Origin: a virus | Taxonomy: Duplodnaviria > Caudoviricetes | Reading direction: 5' to 3' (one strand) | DNA: 64,000 nt | Virus record (IMG/VR): IMGVR_UViG_3300033121_001410 | Coordinates: 6,679-70,678 of that record | Shown here: positions 37,234-47,160 of the stretch, in pieces | How positions within the stretch are numbered: position 1 is the first letter of the stretch | How the letters are laid out: every line of letters starts with the position of its first letter | Translations under genes and position numbers: made by a program | The notes under the pieces: model-generated | What the model was told of the DNA's origin: nothing | Seen by the model: only the letters and a program-made list of their open reading frames with translations | Databases searched by the model: none

Positions 37234-38931
37234 GTGTCCATGAGTTTAAACAAGAAGAAAATAATAATTCAATTAGATTTTAATTTAAATCAAATAGCAA
37301 CATATAATAGCATTGATGAAGCCGCAAGAAAACTTGGCACATCAAGAACTATTATTTCTAAATGCGTTTCTGGAAAATCTTCACAGTCAAAAGGATATTA
37401 TTTTGTATCTCAAGACATGCTTGAACGTTTTATCCGTGAAAAATCTAATTCCTCTCAATATACGTGCAAGATTTGTAATTTACAGTTAAACAACAATCGT
37501 TCTTTGGCTACTCATATACAAATTACACATGGAATTGAAACGCGGGATTATACAATAAAATATTTATATAATTCCATTGTTCCAGTGTGTAAGCATGAAA
37601 ATTGTAATAATGAACCAAGATACGTAGGGTTTTCATTTCATGAATATTGTAAAGAACATGCAGAAGTTGCAATGAGTATAGGTGGAAAAATTGGAGCATC
37701 TATTACAAACAAAGATGGCGCTTGGAATAAAGGATTAACAAAAGAAACAGATGAAAGAATAAAAAAACAAGCAGAAAACATGCTTGGAGAAAAAAATCAT
37801 TTCTTTGGTAAAAAACACAATAGCGAAACAAAACAAAATCTTAAAGATATAAACACTTTAACAGAACAAGAGTTTATTAAAAGAATAGAAACAAGAAAAG
37901 ATGAGTTTGATTTAAAATCATTATATTTTGAATACATTAATCAAAATAAAAAACTTGTTTTTATATGTAAAAAATGCAACAAAGAAAACCTGTTAAGTTT
38001 ATTTAATTTTTATTCTAGAAAGTCACTATGTGCGAATTGTTTTCCTTCTGGGAAATCAAAAGATGAACTTGAATTATATAATTTTATTAAAGATTTTTTA
38101 ATAACTAATAAAAACTATTCTTGTGATGACATCATTAATGGAGATAGACAAACTATAAAACCAAAAGAATTGGATATTTTAATAAAATCTAAAAACTTTG
38201 CAATAGAATATAATGGCCTTTATTGGCATGGCGAACACGAACATTTAGGAAGAGTAGAAAAAAGAACAATACAGGAAAAGAGTGATCTTTGTAAATCACT
38301 TGGAATACAACTGTTTCATATTTTCTCAGATGAATGGATAAACAACAAAGATTTGATTAAGTCTATGATATTGTCAAAGTTAGGTTATAGTCAAAATAAA
38401 CTATATGCGAGAAAATTAAAAATAAAAGAATTAACAAATGCAGAAGCGAAGATGTTTTTTGATTCTTCTCATTTGTCTGGTCATGTTAGAAGTGAAAAAA
38501 TATTTGCTCTTGTTGATGGCAACAATGAGGTTTTGTGTGCGCTTTCACTTAGAAAACCACATCATAAAAAATATGATTCATATGTTGAAATTGCAAGGTT
38601 TGCAACCAAACCAAATCATCAAATAGTTGGCGGATTTTCAAAATTACTAAATCATTCTATTGTTTGGATAAAGCAAAACAACTATAAAAAAATACTTTCT
38701 TATTGTGATCTTCGACATGGTACAGGAAGAGTTTATGAAGCTTCTGGATTTGTTTACAAGGGCGATTCTGATATATCTTATTGGTACACGGACGGCAAAC
38801 AAAGATACAATAGATTTAAGTTTAGGGCAGATAGTAAGAACGGTAAAACAGAAGAGGATGTTGCGAAAGAGAATAACGTGTGGAAGATTTATGGTTGTAA
38901 AAACAAGATATACGAATATGTTATAAAATAA
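37234..38931 (+). CDS. Putative homing endonuclease (NUMOD1-like HTH, Zn fingers, Vsr-like nuclease, GNAT-like domain); related to 5195-7051
   Basis: YNSIDEAARKLG; CKIC..HIQITH; ELDILI..AIEYNGLYWH; EIARFAT...ILSYCDLRHG..VYEASGF. Confidence 0.8.
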   Translation: MSMSLNKKKIIIQLDFNLNQIATYNSIDEAARKLGTSRTIISKCVSGKSSQSKGYYFVSQDMLERFIREKSNSSQYTCKICNLQLNNNRSLATHIQITHGIETRDYTIKYLYNSIVPVCKHENCNNEPRYVGFSFHEYCKEHAEVAMSIGGKIGASITNKDGAWNKGLTKETDERIKKQAENMLGEKNHFFGKKHNSETKQNLKDINTLTEQEFIKRIETRKDEFDLKSLYFEYINQNKKLVFICKKCNKENLLSLFNFYSRKSLCANCFPSGKSKDELELYNFIKDFLITNKNYSCDDIINGDRQTIKPKELDILIKSKNFAIEYNGLYWHGEHEHLGRVEKRTIQEKSDLCKSLGIQLFHIFSDEWINNKDLIKSMILSKLGYSQNKLYARKLKIKELTNAEAKMFFDSSHLSGHVRSEKIFALVDGNNEVLCALSLRKPHHKKYDSYVEIARFATKPNHQIVGGFSKLLNHSIVWIKQNNYKKILSYCDLRHGTGRVYEASGFVYKGDSDISYWYTDGKQRYNRFKFRADSKNGKTEEDVAKENNVWKIYGCKNKIYEYVIK

Positions 38932-38945
38932 CTATACTTATCTAT

Positions 38946-39743
38946 ATGAGTATAGAAATTAGAAAGCCAAAGTTTGATTTCAACAATGTACCAAAAAATT
39001 GGTATAAAGACAATCCAGTATTAACGGCCTTTTGGAACAGTTTTTCTTTAACATTTCCAGAAGGTGAGAAGTTTTTTGTTAAATCTGTAAAATATTATGA
39101 AGAACAAACATTTGATGAATTATTAAAATCGGATATTAAATCTTTCATTGGACAAGAAGCACAACATGGAAAGCAACATAGGGCATTTAATAAAATGTTA
39201 AAGTCCCATGGATATTCAAGTGTTGATGAATTAGAATCTGTTGTTGTATTTTTGCTAAAAACCGCAAATAAAATATTGACTCCTGAAATGAAACTGGCTG
39301 TCACATGTGCCCTTGAACATTTTACAGCATTGCTTGGGGAGCAATTATTAACAGATGAACAACATCAACTCAATATTGATTCAAGCATTAAAGATCTTTG
39401 GATGTGGCACGCATTAGAAGAAATTGAACATAAATCTGTTGCTTATAATGTTTATATTGAGACCAAGGGCACATATTTCATTAGAATATTAACAATGATT
39501 GTTGTTAGTGCAATTTTAACTTTAGCAATTTTATCTATATGGACAGTAATGTTATCAGATAAAGAAATCAAAAATAAAGATGTTTTTGAGGCGTATGAAT
39601 GTTTATTTTCCTCAGCTAACGGATTATTTCCAAAATTAACAAAACAATATATGGATTACTTTCATCCAAGTTTTCATCCATCTTGGAATAAAGCAGATAA
39701 TCTAATAAAAACCTGGAATGAAAAACTTTATTTTTCCGTATAA
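38946..39743 (+). CDS. Predicted metal-dependent hydrolase (ferritin-like diiron fold)
   Basis: FPEGEKFFV.SV, FIGQEAQH..QH, ALEHFTA, WHALEEIEHKSVAY. Confidence 0.8.
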   Translation: MSIEIRKPKFDFNNVPKNWYKDNPVLTAFWNSFSLTFPEGEKFFVKSVKYYEEQTFDELLKSDIKSFIGQEAQHGKQHRAFNKMLKSHGYSSVDELESVVVFLLKTANKILTPEMKLAVTCALEHFTALLGEQLLTDEQHQLNIDSSIKDLWMWHALEEIEHKSVAYNVYIETKGTYFIRILTMIVVSAILTLAILSIWTVMLSDKEIKNKDVFEAYECLFSSANGLFPKLTKQYMDYFHPSFHPSWNKADNLIKTWNEKLYFSV

Positions 39744-39793
39744 CAATATTTTATATTACAAATATCTATTTATAGAATAAATCGGTGTTATCA

Positions 39794-41296
39794 ATGAAAA
39801 ATATTTCTTTGCAAGAATTAAAATCAATTATAGAAGAAACATTAAAAGAAGAATTGACAAATGTTCCAGAAGAATGTGATTCGGTAGACCAAGAATATTT
39901 TTTGAAAAAAGTTGTTCCAACAATGGATTTAATTAATAAAATAATTAAACCAGATGTTAAAAATGCAAACATTATAGCACTTTCTAAAAGTTGCGAAGGA
40001 CATAAAAAGGCAAAGAAAAAAGATATGAGACATCAATTTTTGAAAACAAAACAAGCTTTTAAAATGAATGAAGAAGATGACCTTGGAAGCGACTCTGATT
40101 CCGGCGATAGTGGTGGTGACTCTTTAATGGAAGTTGCTCCTCCTGGAGAAAAATATGAAAAGATGATAATGGCTATGAAAAAGGCTGGCACGCCAAAAGA
40201 AATCGCGTTTGCAACTGCTTGGAAGGCTTACAATAAAAAACATAAAAAGCATGAATCCGTGAATGAAAGCGAAGAGTTGTGGATGCAATCTGCTGTTTCA
40301 AAACCTGGTGCATTACATAAACAATTAGGCATTCCAGAAGATGAAAAGATTCCAACAAGCCTTCTTAATTCTAAAAAGAAAGAATTGATGAAAAAAGGCG
40401 AAGGAGATAAGAAATTATCTGCTTCTGATAGAAAACTTCTTCAAAGAATAAACTTTGCATTGAATGCCAAAAAAGCAGTTCATGAATCATTTGAACCTCC
40501 TTATGACGAAGATAGAAGGGGAGATTATGCCGACGCTCTTGCAGAGCGTGATGAACGAATGATACATAGTATTATTGACACCATGGCAAATCACATGTTG
40601 CATCATGCAAAACATGGCACTAAGCCAGAAGATTGGGATTCTCTTGATCTTATTGATGATATTTATGATGAATTATCTGATGGCGAAATAGATTTTCTAG
40701 AAGATTCACCTGACCAAATAGAACATTTAAAGAGCGGCGCAATATTTCAAGCCAATCAACAATTGATTAAGGGAATGAAAAAAGATGAATCTGTTTTAGA
40801 AGAAGCGGATTCAATTGAAAATGTTTTAGGATCAAAAGATAATATTTTATCTCACATGACAAAACAATTCGTTGTCAATTATATTGAAAACGATATTCAT
40901 CCAGATGATTTAGACGCAGAAGATTTAATTAATGATTTGTTGGATGATGTTGCTAATAATCCAGTAAAAAACAAACAAGAATATGGATTTGCTCCAGAAG
41001 AGATAAATGCTATCGTTGACAACATTGACGAAGAAGGTAATTTGTCTCCAGATTTATTAAGATTGGTTAAATCTGCAAAAGCGGAGTCTAAAATACAAAT
41101 AGATAATTTCCTTAAAAAATATAAAGGAATTGACTTAACAGAAGCATTTTTACAACATCTTTCAGAATCATCAAAAGATGAACCGGAGAAGATTGATAAC
41201 ATGTTAGCTTTATATTTCTTCAATCATCTTAAAGGACTTAGAGATTATAAACCATTAATGAAACGTGTAATACTTAAAAAGAAAAAAGAAGGTTGA
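39794..41296 (+). CDS. Modular acidic protein, putative internal head protein
   Basis: ELKSIIEETLKEE leader; modules EVAPPG..AFATAWK and WMQSAVSKPGALHKQLGIPEDEKIP separated by xxE sites. Confidence 0.65.
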   Translation: MKNISLQELKSIIEETLKEELTNVPEECDSVDQEYFLKKVVPTMDLINKIIKPDVKNANIIALSKSCEGHKKAKKKDMRHQFLKTKQAFKMNEEDDLGSDSDSGDSGGDSLMEVAPPGEKYEKMIMAMKKAGTPKEIAFATAWKAYNKKHKKHESVNESEELWMQSAVSKPGALHKQLGIPEDEKIPTSLLNSKKKELMKKGEGDKKLSASDRKLLQRINFALNAKKAVHESFEPPYDEDRRGDYADALAERDERMIHSIIDTMANHMLHHAKHGTKPEDWDSLDLIDDIYDELSDGEIDFLEDSPDQIEHLKSGAIFQANQQLIKGMKKDESVLEEADSIENVLGSKDNILSHMTKQFVVNYIENDIHPDDLDAEDLINDLLDDVANNPVKNKQEYGFAPEEINAIVDNIDEEGNLSPDLLRLVKSAKAESKIQIDNFLKKYKGIDLTEAFLQHLSESSKDEPEKIDNMLALYFFNHLKGLRDYKPLMKRVILKKKKEG

Positions 41297-41297
41297 T

Positions 41298-41567
41298 ATG
41301 TCATCAAAAGTATCATTAAAAGAGTTCAAAGAAAAAGTAATTGACATGATTTATGAGATTCTTGAGGAAGAATTAAATAAATCAGAAAATGAAGATTCAG
41401 AAGAAAACAACCAAGAAAAAGTTCAAAAGGCTTTTATTTCTGTTAAAAATACTGGTGATAATGTTTATGGTGATTATGTTAAAAAACCAACAGTAGACCA
41501 TGATCTACCAGAAGAAAATCCTCTTTATAAGAGAATGCCTGTTTATCAACGCGACAGAGAAATCTGA
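41298..41567 (+). CDS. Hypothetical with LKEF..ILEE leader
   Basis: 89 aa, 1 nt after upstream stop. Confidence 0.65.
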   Translation: MSSKVSLKEFKEKVIDMIYEILEEELNKSENEDSEENNQEKVQKAFISVKNTGDNVYGDYVKKPTVDHDLPEENPLYKRMPVYQRDREI

Positions 41568-41569
41568 AA

Positions 41570-41914
41570 ATGAATAATTTGTTAAAAGAATATATTGAAG
41601 AATCCGTTAAGATTCAATTGCACGAAAACGTAACGCAACGTGTAATTGAATATCTTAAAAATGTATTCAATCATATTGAAGATAAAAATACAAATGCTGA
41701 AGTAAAGATGGCGCTCTTGGCTGCCTTAATGATAAAGTTTGGATTTCACAGACAAGATTTATCACGAATCTTAAGTATAAGAGATCCAGAAGTACGAGAA
41801 GTAGAAATAAGAGATTTAGCAGATCGTGCTATGTCTAGAATGAAAGGCGCATCAAAAGAAGATAAAAACATCTTCAATTATTTATATTTTGGAGCAAAGC
41901 CAAAAGTTTATTGA
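41570..41914 (+). CDS. Hypothetical with LLKEYIEE..LHE leader
   Basis: 114 aa. Confidence 0.65.
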   Translation: MNNLLKEYIEESVKIQLHENVTQRVIEYLKNVFNHIEDKNTNAEVKMALLAALMIKFGFHRQDLSRILSIRDPEVREVEIRDLADRAMSRMKGASKEDKNIFNYLYFGAKPKVY

Positions 41915-42468
41915 TTGTATTCGGTAATTTTTCCATCTATTACTTTGTATATTTTGAAGTGAATAGATGGATATTCTTCTTTTAGATTTGATAATTCTTT
42001 AATGCAATCATCTCGATCATCATAATATTCAACATAATCATTTGTCATTTTATTTAAAATAATGAGGTTTTTAACAAATGCGTATTTGTGAATCCCGTTG
42101 TTGTTTCCAAAAGGAATTGCCAATGCATGAATGTTTGTTTCTATTTTGTTTTCTTTTGTAAAGTCATGTATTTTGTTTGGATATTGTCTTGCGCTCAAAA
42201 TATAGGTTGATTCTTGTCCATAAACATTAGATGCCCACTTTAAACGTTTTGTGGTTTTTTCAATTGTTTTATATTCCTTAATGTTATTAAATGATGTAAA
42301 ATCAGGTACATCATCTATCTCTGGTTTATATTTTTCATATTCCTTCGCATCAAGATGAATAATTCTACCATCTTTTTTTTTAATAACAACCTTAGATTCT
42401 GATTTGATTAGCGTATCATCAAAATCAAAAATAAAAATTGGTTTTTTATATTTTAAATCTTCATTCAT
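41908..42468 (-). CDS. HAD-superfamily phosphatase
   Basis: IFDFDDTL (motif I), ILSAR (II), K..F, YYDDRDD (IV); extended -10 6 nt upstream of ATG 42468. Confidence 0.8.
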   Translation of the reverse strand: MNEDLKYKKPIFIFDFDDTLIKSESKVVIKKKDGRIIHLDAKEYEKYKPEIDDVPDFTSFNNIKEYKTIEKTTKRLKWASNVYGQESTYILSARQYPNKIHDFTKENKIETNIHALAIPFGNNNGIHKYAFVKNLIILNKMTNDYVEYYDDRDDCIKELSNLKEEYPSIHFKIYKVIDGKITEYNQ

Positions 42469-42701
42469 GGTATCAGTATAACACACTCTTGGGCATTCTT
42501 ATAGTGCAACATATTATATTTTTAAAGACACGAGGATGCTTTCTAGAGTCTTTTGTCAAAAGAATCAAGCTAGTATACCCAATGACTTTGTGAAGCCTTT
42601 AGAATGCCTTGAAAGGCATATTAATTTAATATTAATTTTATTTATCATAAAAAACCTGTGTTTAATCAAATAATTAATTCTAGTATTGATAAGGATTGTT
42701 T

Positions 42702-43937
42702 ATGTCAACATTTATGACAACTATGAGGCCAACAGTTTGGGGTTATTGGGATTCAGACCCGGCCTTTCAACAAGACGCTGATAAAATGATTACATATGTT
42801 TTCAGAAGCCTTGGTGAAGATGTATTGTCTGTGGAACTTACAAAAAAACAAGTTTGGAAATGTTTTGAAGAATCTGTTTTGGCATTCAATGCTTTGATGA
42901 TTGAATATCAAGCAAAAAGCAATTTAACATCTTTGTTAGGTACATCAACTGGTTCATGGAACTCACAAACGGGTTATTCGACAATTAATTTACAGAACAC
43001 CTATGTTCGACCAACTTTAGAGTTTTTAGTTAGACAAGCAGAGCCATATGCGGCAGAAGTTGGTTTTGGTGGCATTCAAGACACATATTCTGGTTCTATT
43101 ATTTTAACAAACGGCAAACAGGATTATGATATTTATAATGAATTAAAATCAGATGATGGAACAATTTTGGCATTTAATATGCCATCTGGTTCTTCTGGTA
43201 AAATAAAAATACATGAAGTGTTTCACCAAGCACCAATTCAATATGTGTTTAATTCAAATCTTGCATCAAACTTCGTTGCACAAGGTTTACCAGTAGAATC
43301 TTATATTCCAGATACTAGATTCTATGTTTTGCCAGTTTTTGAAGACACTTTGCGAGCAGGAATGTTGGAAGCGGCACAAAGAATTAGACGTTCTCATTTC
43401 TCTTATAAGATATCTGGAAGAAATATTAGATTGTATCCTACCCCAAACAATATGATTCCAGGATATAATGATCGCTTATGGCTTCGTATTGGTTATCCAC
43501 AATCTCCAATTCCTGGCATGACAGATCCCACTAATCCATCTGGGTCTATTCCAGATTCTACATTGGGTGGCGCAAGCAATCCAGGCAATGTTCCACTTGG
43601 TTTAATTGATTATAAGTCTCTTAATCCATGGGCGAGACAATGGATTTTTCAATATACATTGGCAAAAGCAAAAGAATTGCTTGGTTTGATTCGTAGCAAA
43701 ATCAAAGGTCCGCTTCCAATTCCAAATGCAGAATTGCAATTAAATGGCGAAGAATTAATCTCTCAAGCAAGAGAAGATGTAAAAGATTTACTTGTTGGAG
43801 ACAATGGCCTAAAAACAAAATTAGATAATTTGACATATGATAAACTTCAAGAAATGGAAACTGCCAAAGCAGAAAACATAATGAAGCAAATGCAAATGTT
43901 GCCAATGCCACCAGCTTGGTCTATTAAAATGGGATAA
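42702..43937 (+). CDS. Neck / head-tail adaptor protein (T4 gp13-like)
   Basis: LGEDVLSVELT; WIFQYTLAKAKELLG.IRSK....IPNAELQLNGEELI..A. Confidence 0.82.
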   Translation: MSTFMTTMRPTVWGYWDSDPAFQQDADKMITYVFRSLGEDVLSVELTKKQVWKCFEESVLAFNALMIEYQAKSNLTSLLGTSTGSWNSQTGYSTINLQNTYVRPTLEFLVRQAEPYAAEVGFGGIQDTYSGSIILTNGKQDYDIYNELKSDDGTILAFNMPSGSSGKIKIHEVFHQAPIQYVFNSNLASNFVAQGLPVESYIPDTRFYVLPVFEDTLRAGMLEAAQRIRRSHFSYKISGRNIRLYPTPNNMIPGYNDRLWLRIGYPQSPIPGMTDPTNPSGSIPDSTLGGASNPGNVPLGLIDYKSLNPWARQWIFQYTLAKAKELLGLIRSKIKGPLPIPNAELQLNGEELISQAREDVKDLLVGDNGLKTKLDNLTYDKLQEMETAKAENIMKQMQMLPMPPAWSIKMG

Positions 43938-43954
43938 TAATTTAATTATATTTT

Positions 43955-44956
43955 ATGAAATTATTAAAAGAACATATTCAATTATTGATTAATGAGACCA
44001 TAAATGATGTTTTGTTAGAACAAAAAGGCGGGTCTATCATTGATGCATTGCAAAAGGCATCAAATGACTTTATAGATTTTTCTGAGAATGAACAAGAAAT
44101 CCCTACCAAAGAAGAAATTGTTAAACAAGTAAAAAAATTCATGGTTTATAAAAAACAAGCTGATGATAAAGGCAATTTTGTAGAAAAACAATATTGGGAA
44201 AAAGAAATAAAAGATTTGTTAAAATATAATGAATTATATAATCAATATCAAAATGAGGATGATATTCCTGTTAACTTATATCATGCATTAGAAAAAGTTG
44301 CCATGGCTTATGGATTAAAAGAAATTAGTCATGGGTCATCTAGAACGGCTTATGAATTACCTATTGGCGCATACGTACTTAAAATAGCAAGAAATAAAAA
44401 AGGTATTGCTCAAAATGAGCATGAAGTAGAGGTTTATACAAATCCACAAATTAAAGACATTGTTCCAAGAATATATCCAAAATCCGATTTACAAAATTAT
44501 TCTTATTTGATTGTAGAAAAAGTTAATGCATTTTCAACGTATAATGATTTTAAAAAAATAAAGCAATATAGTTCTTCAATTATTGACTTTGTGGCATTGA
44601 GGCCAAACACATGGTTTAGTGATCTGCAAAAAGCTTTAGTTACGGCTGTGAATGTAAAAAATAAACCTGAGAGAGATTTCACAATTGATTATATTTGTTC
44701 ACAAGAGTTTTCAACAAAATATATTTCTCAATATAATTCTTTAAGAATATATGATATGGCAACCATTAAAGATTGTTGTTTGGCATTTAAAGATAAAAAA
44801 TGGATTGATGAGGTTGCAAATCTTATCATTGAAGGAAGTCTAGCATATAATGATGTTTATGCTGAGCATTTTGGCACAACCTCTTCTGGTAGAGTAGTTA
44901 TATTTGATACAGGGCTAAGCGAAGAAATATACGGAAAGCATTATAAAATATGGTAA
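43955..44956 (+). CDS. Minimal protein-kinase-like protein K1
   Basis: SHGSSRTAY (G-loop), VLKIA, QNEHE, YLIVEKV, NDVYAEHFG, VIFDTG. Confidence 0.8.
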   Translation: MKLLKEHIQLLINETINDVLLEQKGGSIIDALQKASNDFIDFSENEQEIPTKEEIVKQVKKFMVYKKQADDKGNFVEKQYWEKEIKDLLKYNELYNQYQNEDDIPVNLYHALEKVAMAYGLKEISHGSSRTAYELPIGAYVLKIARNKKGIAQNEHEVEVYTNPQIKDIVPRIYPKSDLQNYSYLIVEKVNAFSTYNDFKKIKQYSSSIIDFVALRPNTWFSDLQKALVTAVNVKNKPERDFTIDYICSQEFSTKYISQYNSLRIYDMATIKDCCLAFKDKKWIDEVANLIIEGSLAYNDVYAEHFGTTSSGRVVIFDTGLSEEIYGKHYKIW

Positions 44957-45921
44957 AATCTTTGCTAAAAGAAAATATTAAAAGATTTATTGATGAAAGT
45001 GTTCAGCATTTTTTAATGGAAGCGCACGGACAATCTATTATAGATGTATTAAATGATGTAATAGATGAGTTTGATTATAATCAAAATCAAATAGAAGAAG
45101 AAATAGAAAAATTAGAACAAGAGATCGGTTTTACATGGAAAGAAATGCAACAGACATCAGATTATATGCCTTCTGATTATGCTGAACTTTTAGTAAAATA
45201 TAATAAATTGAAAGAAAAACATAAACAAGTTAAAGAAAAAAAATATAATAGCAATATTTTTTCTAAGTTGTTACTCGCTGCACACAATGCAGGTTTAAAA
45301 AGAATTGGAAGCGGGTCTTCGCGTACTGCTTTTGAATTACCAATTAATGCATATGTTTTAAAGTTAGCACTAAACGAAAAAGGCATATCTCAAAATGAAC
45401 AAGAAGTTAAAGGCTATACGAATCCAGCAGTTAAAGACATTGTTCCTAGAATATATCCAAAGTCAGACCTTGAGAATTATTATTTTTTAATTGTAGAAAA
45501 AGTAAAACCATATGATTCTGTTCATGAGTTTAAGTTGGATAAAAAATATAATTTCAGAATCATAAATGTATATGTCGGGGATGGCGGAACTGGATGGAAA
45601 AAATATTTGTTAGATGAAGTAAACAGCCATTTTGAGTTTACTATGAACAAAACTTTTACAGAAAAAGAATTGTGTAGCGGAGAAATAATGAGATATTATG
45701 GAGATATCAACTTTGGAGGCGACATGACTGTTGAAGATGCATGTAATGCATTTAAGGATAGTCATTGGATTGACGAATTGGCTAAATTAATAGAATCAGA
45801 ACAATTAACATCGGGGGATTTGTATGCTGAGCATTTTGGCACAACTTCTTCTGGTCGCGTTGTTTTTTACGATACAGGATTGAGCGAAGACGTATATAAC
45901 AGGTACTATAAACGATGGTAA
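44950..45921 (+). CDS. Minimal protein-kinase-like protein K2
   Basis: GSGSSRTAF, VLKLA, QNEQE, GDLYAEHFG, FYDTG. Confidence 0.8.
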   Translation: MVKSLLKENIKRFIDESVQHFLMEAHGQSIIDVLNDVIDEFDYNQNQIEEEIEKLEQEIGFTWKEMQQTSDYMPSDYAELLVKYNKLKEKHKQVKEKKYNSNIFSKLLLAAHNAGLKRIGSGSSRTAFELPINAYVLKLALNEKGISQNEQEVKGYTNPAVKDIVPRIYPKSDLENYYFLIVEKVKPYDSVHEFKLDKKYNFRIINVYVGDGGTGWKKYLLDEVNSHFEFTMNKTFTEKELCSGEIMRYYGDINFGGDMTVEDACNAFKDSHWIDELAKLIESEQLTSGDLYAEHFGTTSSGRVVFYDTGLSEDVYNRYYKRW

Positions 45922-46895
45922 AATCAATATTAAAAGAACAAATTAAACAAATTATTCATGAAGATGTATCTTTCATGCTTTTAGAAGCATATGGAAAAGA
46001 TATTGTTCAACAATTAAATGATATTGTTTTACAACACAACACAAAAGAATATGATATAAATAATATTATGCACAACCAAGAAACCGTTGATGCTATTAAG
46101 AGAAACTTACAATTTTATAAAAATAAATTAAAAGTAGCAATTGAAGTTGGAAATTACAGATATGAGTTTGAATATTCTAATAAAGTTAAAGAGTTAGAAA
46201 AAAAACTAGAAACTGCTATGTCTGGCTTTGATCCTTTTTATATGATGAGAAAAATAGCCGAAGATAATGGCTTAAAAGAATTAGGTCACGGTTCTTCTCG
46301 CTCTGCATTTGAATTACCTGTTAAATCATATGTTTTAAAAATCGCAAAAAACATCAAAGGTATAGCTCAAAACGAACAAGAGGTTTCTGTTTACACAAAT
46401 CCATCTATATCAAATATAGTCCCAAGAATCTATCCAAAATCAGATTTACAATCTTATTTGTTTTTAATTGTAGAAAAAGTGAGGCCGTTTAAAAACACAC
46501 TTGAGTTTGAAAAAATTAAAAAATACCCAGCAACATTTTTTGTTTTTATTGAAGATTATGGTTTTAATTGGAAATCTGAGGTTTTAAATAAGATTAATAA
46601 AGCACTAGCATCTTATGAAGATATTTCTTTTGAAGACATGTGTAATGGCAATATACCAGAAGGTTATGAAGAGTTATATATGCGAGGAATGTTTAGTAAT
46701 CTTTCTATAACATTTAGAGAAGCCTGTAATGCTTTTAAAGATGAGGAATGGTTAAATGAGGTTGCATCTTTAATGAAGAAAGAAAAATTATTAATTGGAG
46801 ATTTAACACACTACGGTCATCTTGGCGTAACAAGCAATGGAAGAGTTGTTATATTGGATACAGGATATTCTGAAGAAGTTAGAAAACTTTATTAA
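45915..46895 (+). CDS. Minimal protein-kinase-like protein K3
   Basis: GHGSSRSAF, VLKIA, QNEQE, GDLTHYGHLG, ILDTG. Confidence 0.8.
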   Translation: MVKSILKEQIKQIIHEDVSFMLLEAYGKDIVQQLNDIVLQHNTKEYDINNIMHNQETVDAIKRNLQFYKNKLKVAIEVGNYRYEFEYSNKVKELEKKLETAMSGFDPFYMMRKIAEDNGLKELGHGSSRSAFELPVKSYVLKIAKNIKGIAQNEQEVSVYTNPSISNIVPRIYPKSDLQSYLFLIVEKVRPFKNTLEFEKIKKYPATFFVFIEDYGFNWKSEVLNKINKALASYEDISFEDMCNGNIPEGYEELYMRGMFSNLSITFREACNAFKDEEWLNEVASLMKKEKLLIGDLTHYGHLGVTSNGRVVILDTGYSEEVRKLY

Positions 46896-46917
46896 TAAAA
46901 AATTGTAATATAATAAT

Positions 46918-47091
46918 ATGAGTATAAGTGCAACAATGCTTTCTTTAGTTTCTAGAATGGGGGCCGACAAAATATTAAAAGGTTTGGCCGATGCTCTTGA
47001 ATATCAAGCATCTATAGAAAAAGACAGAAGAAAAAAAGATAAACTTTTATATGACGCAAATATTATCAGAAGAACTGCGTCTCGACTATAA
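46918..47091 (+). CDS. Small hypothetical protein (57 aa), absent from ORF track
   Basis: MSISATMLSLVSRMGADKILKGLADALEYQASIEKDRRKKDKLLYDANIIRRTASRL; fills the gap on the coding strand. Confidence 0.55.
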   Translation: MSISATMLSLVSRMGADKILKGLADALEYQASIEKDRRKKDKLLYDANIIRRTASRL

Positions 47092-47160
47092 ATCATAAAA
47101 ATATAACATTTATTTATTTTATCAATATATTTATAATTAACATCAAGGAAAGCAACACTT

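Noticed and set aside
42487-42690. Structured ncRNA in the HAD-gp13 intergenic gap
   Set aside because: Only short elements (CTTTTG-T-CAAAAG, ATGCCT-TGAA-AGGCAT); compatible with divergent promoters, and no covariation data available
43955-46895. Diversity-generating retroelement TR/VR pair
   Set aside because: No reverse transcriptase in the window; repeat differences are not adenine-specific
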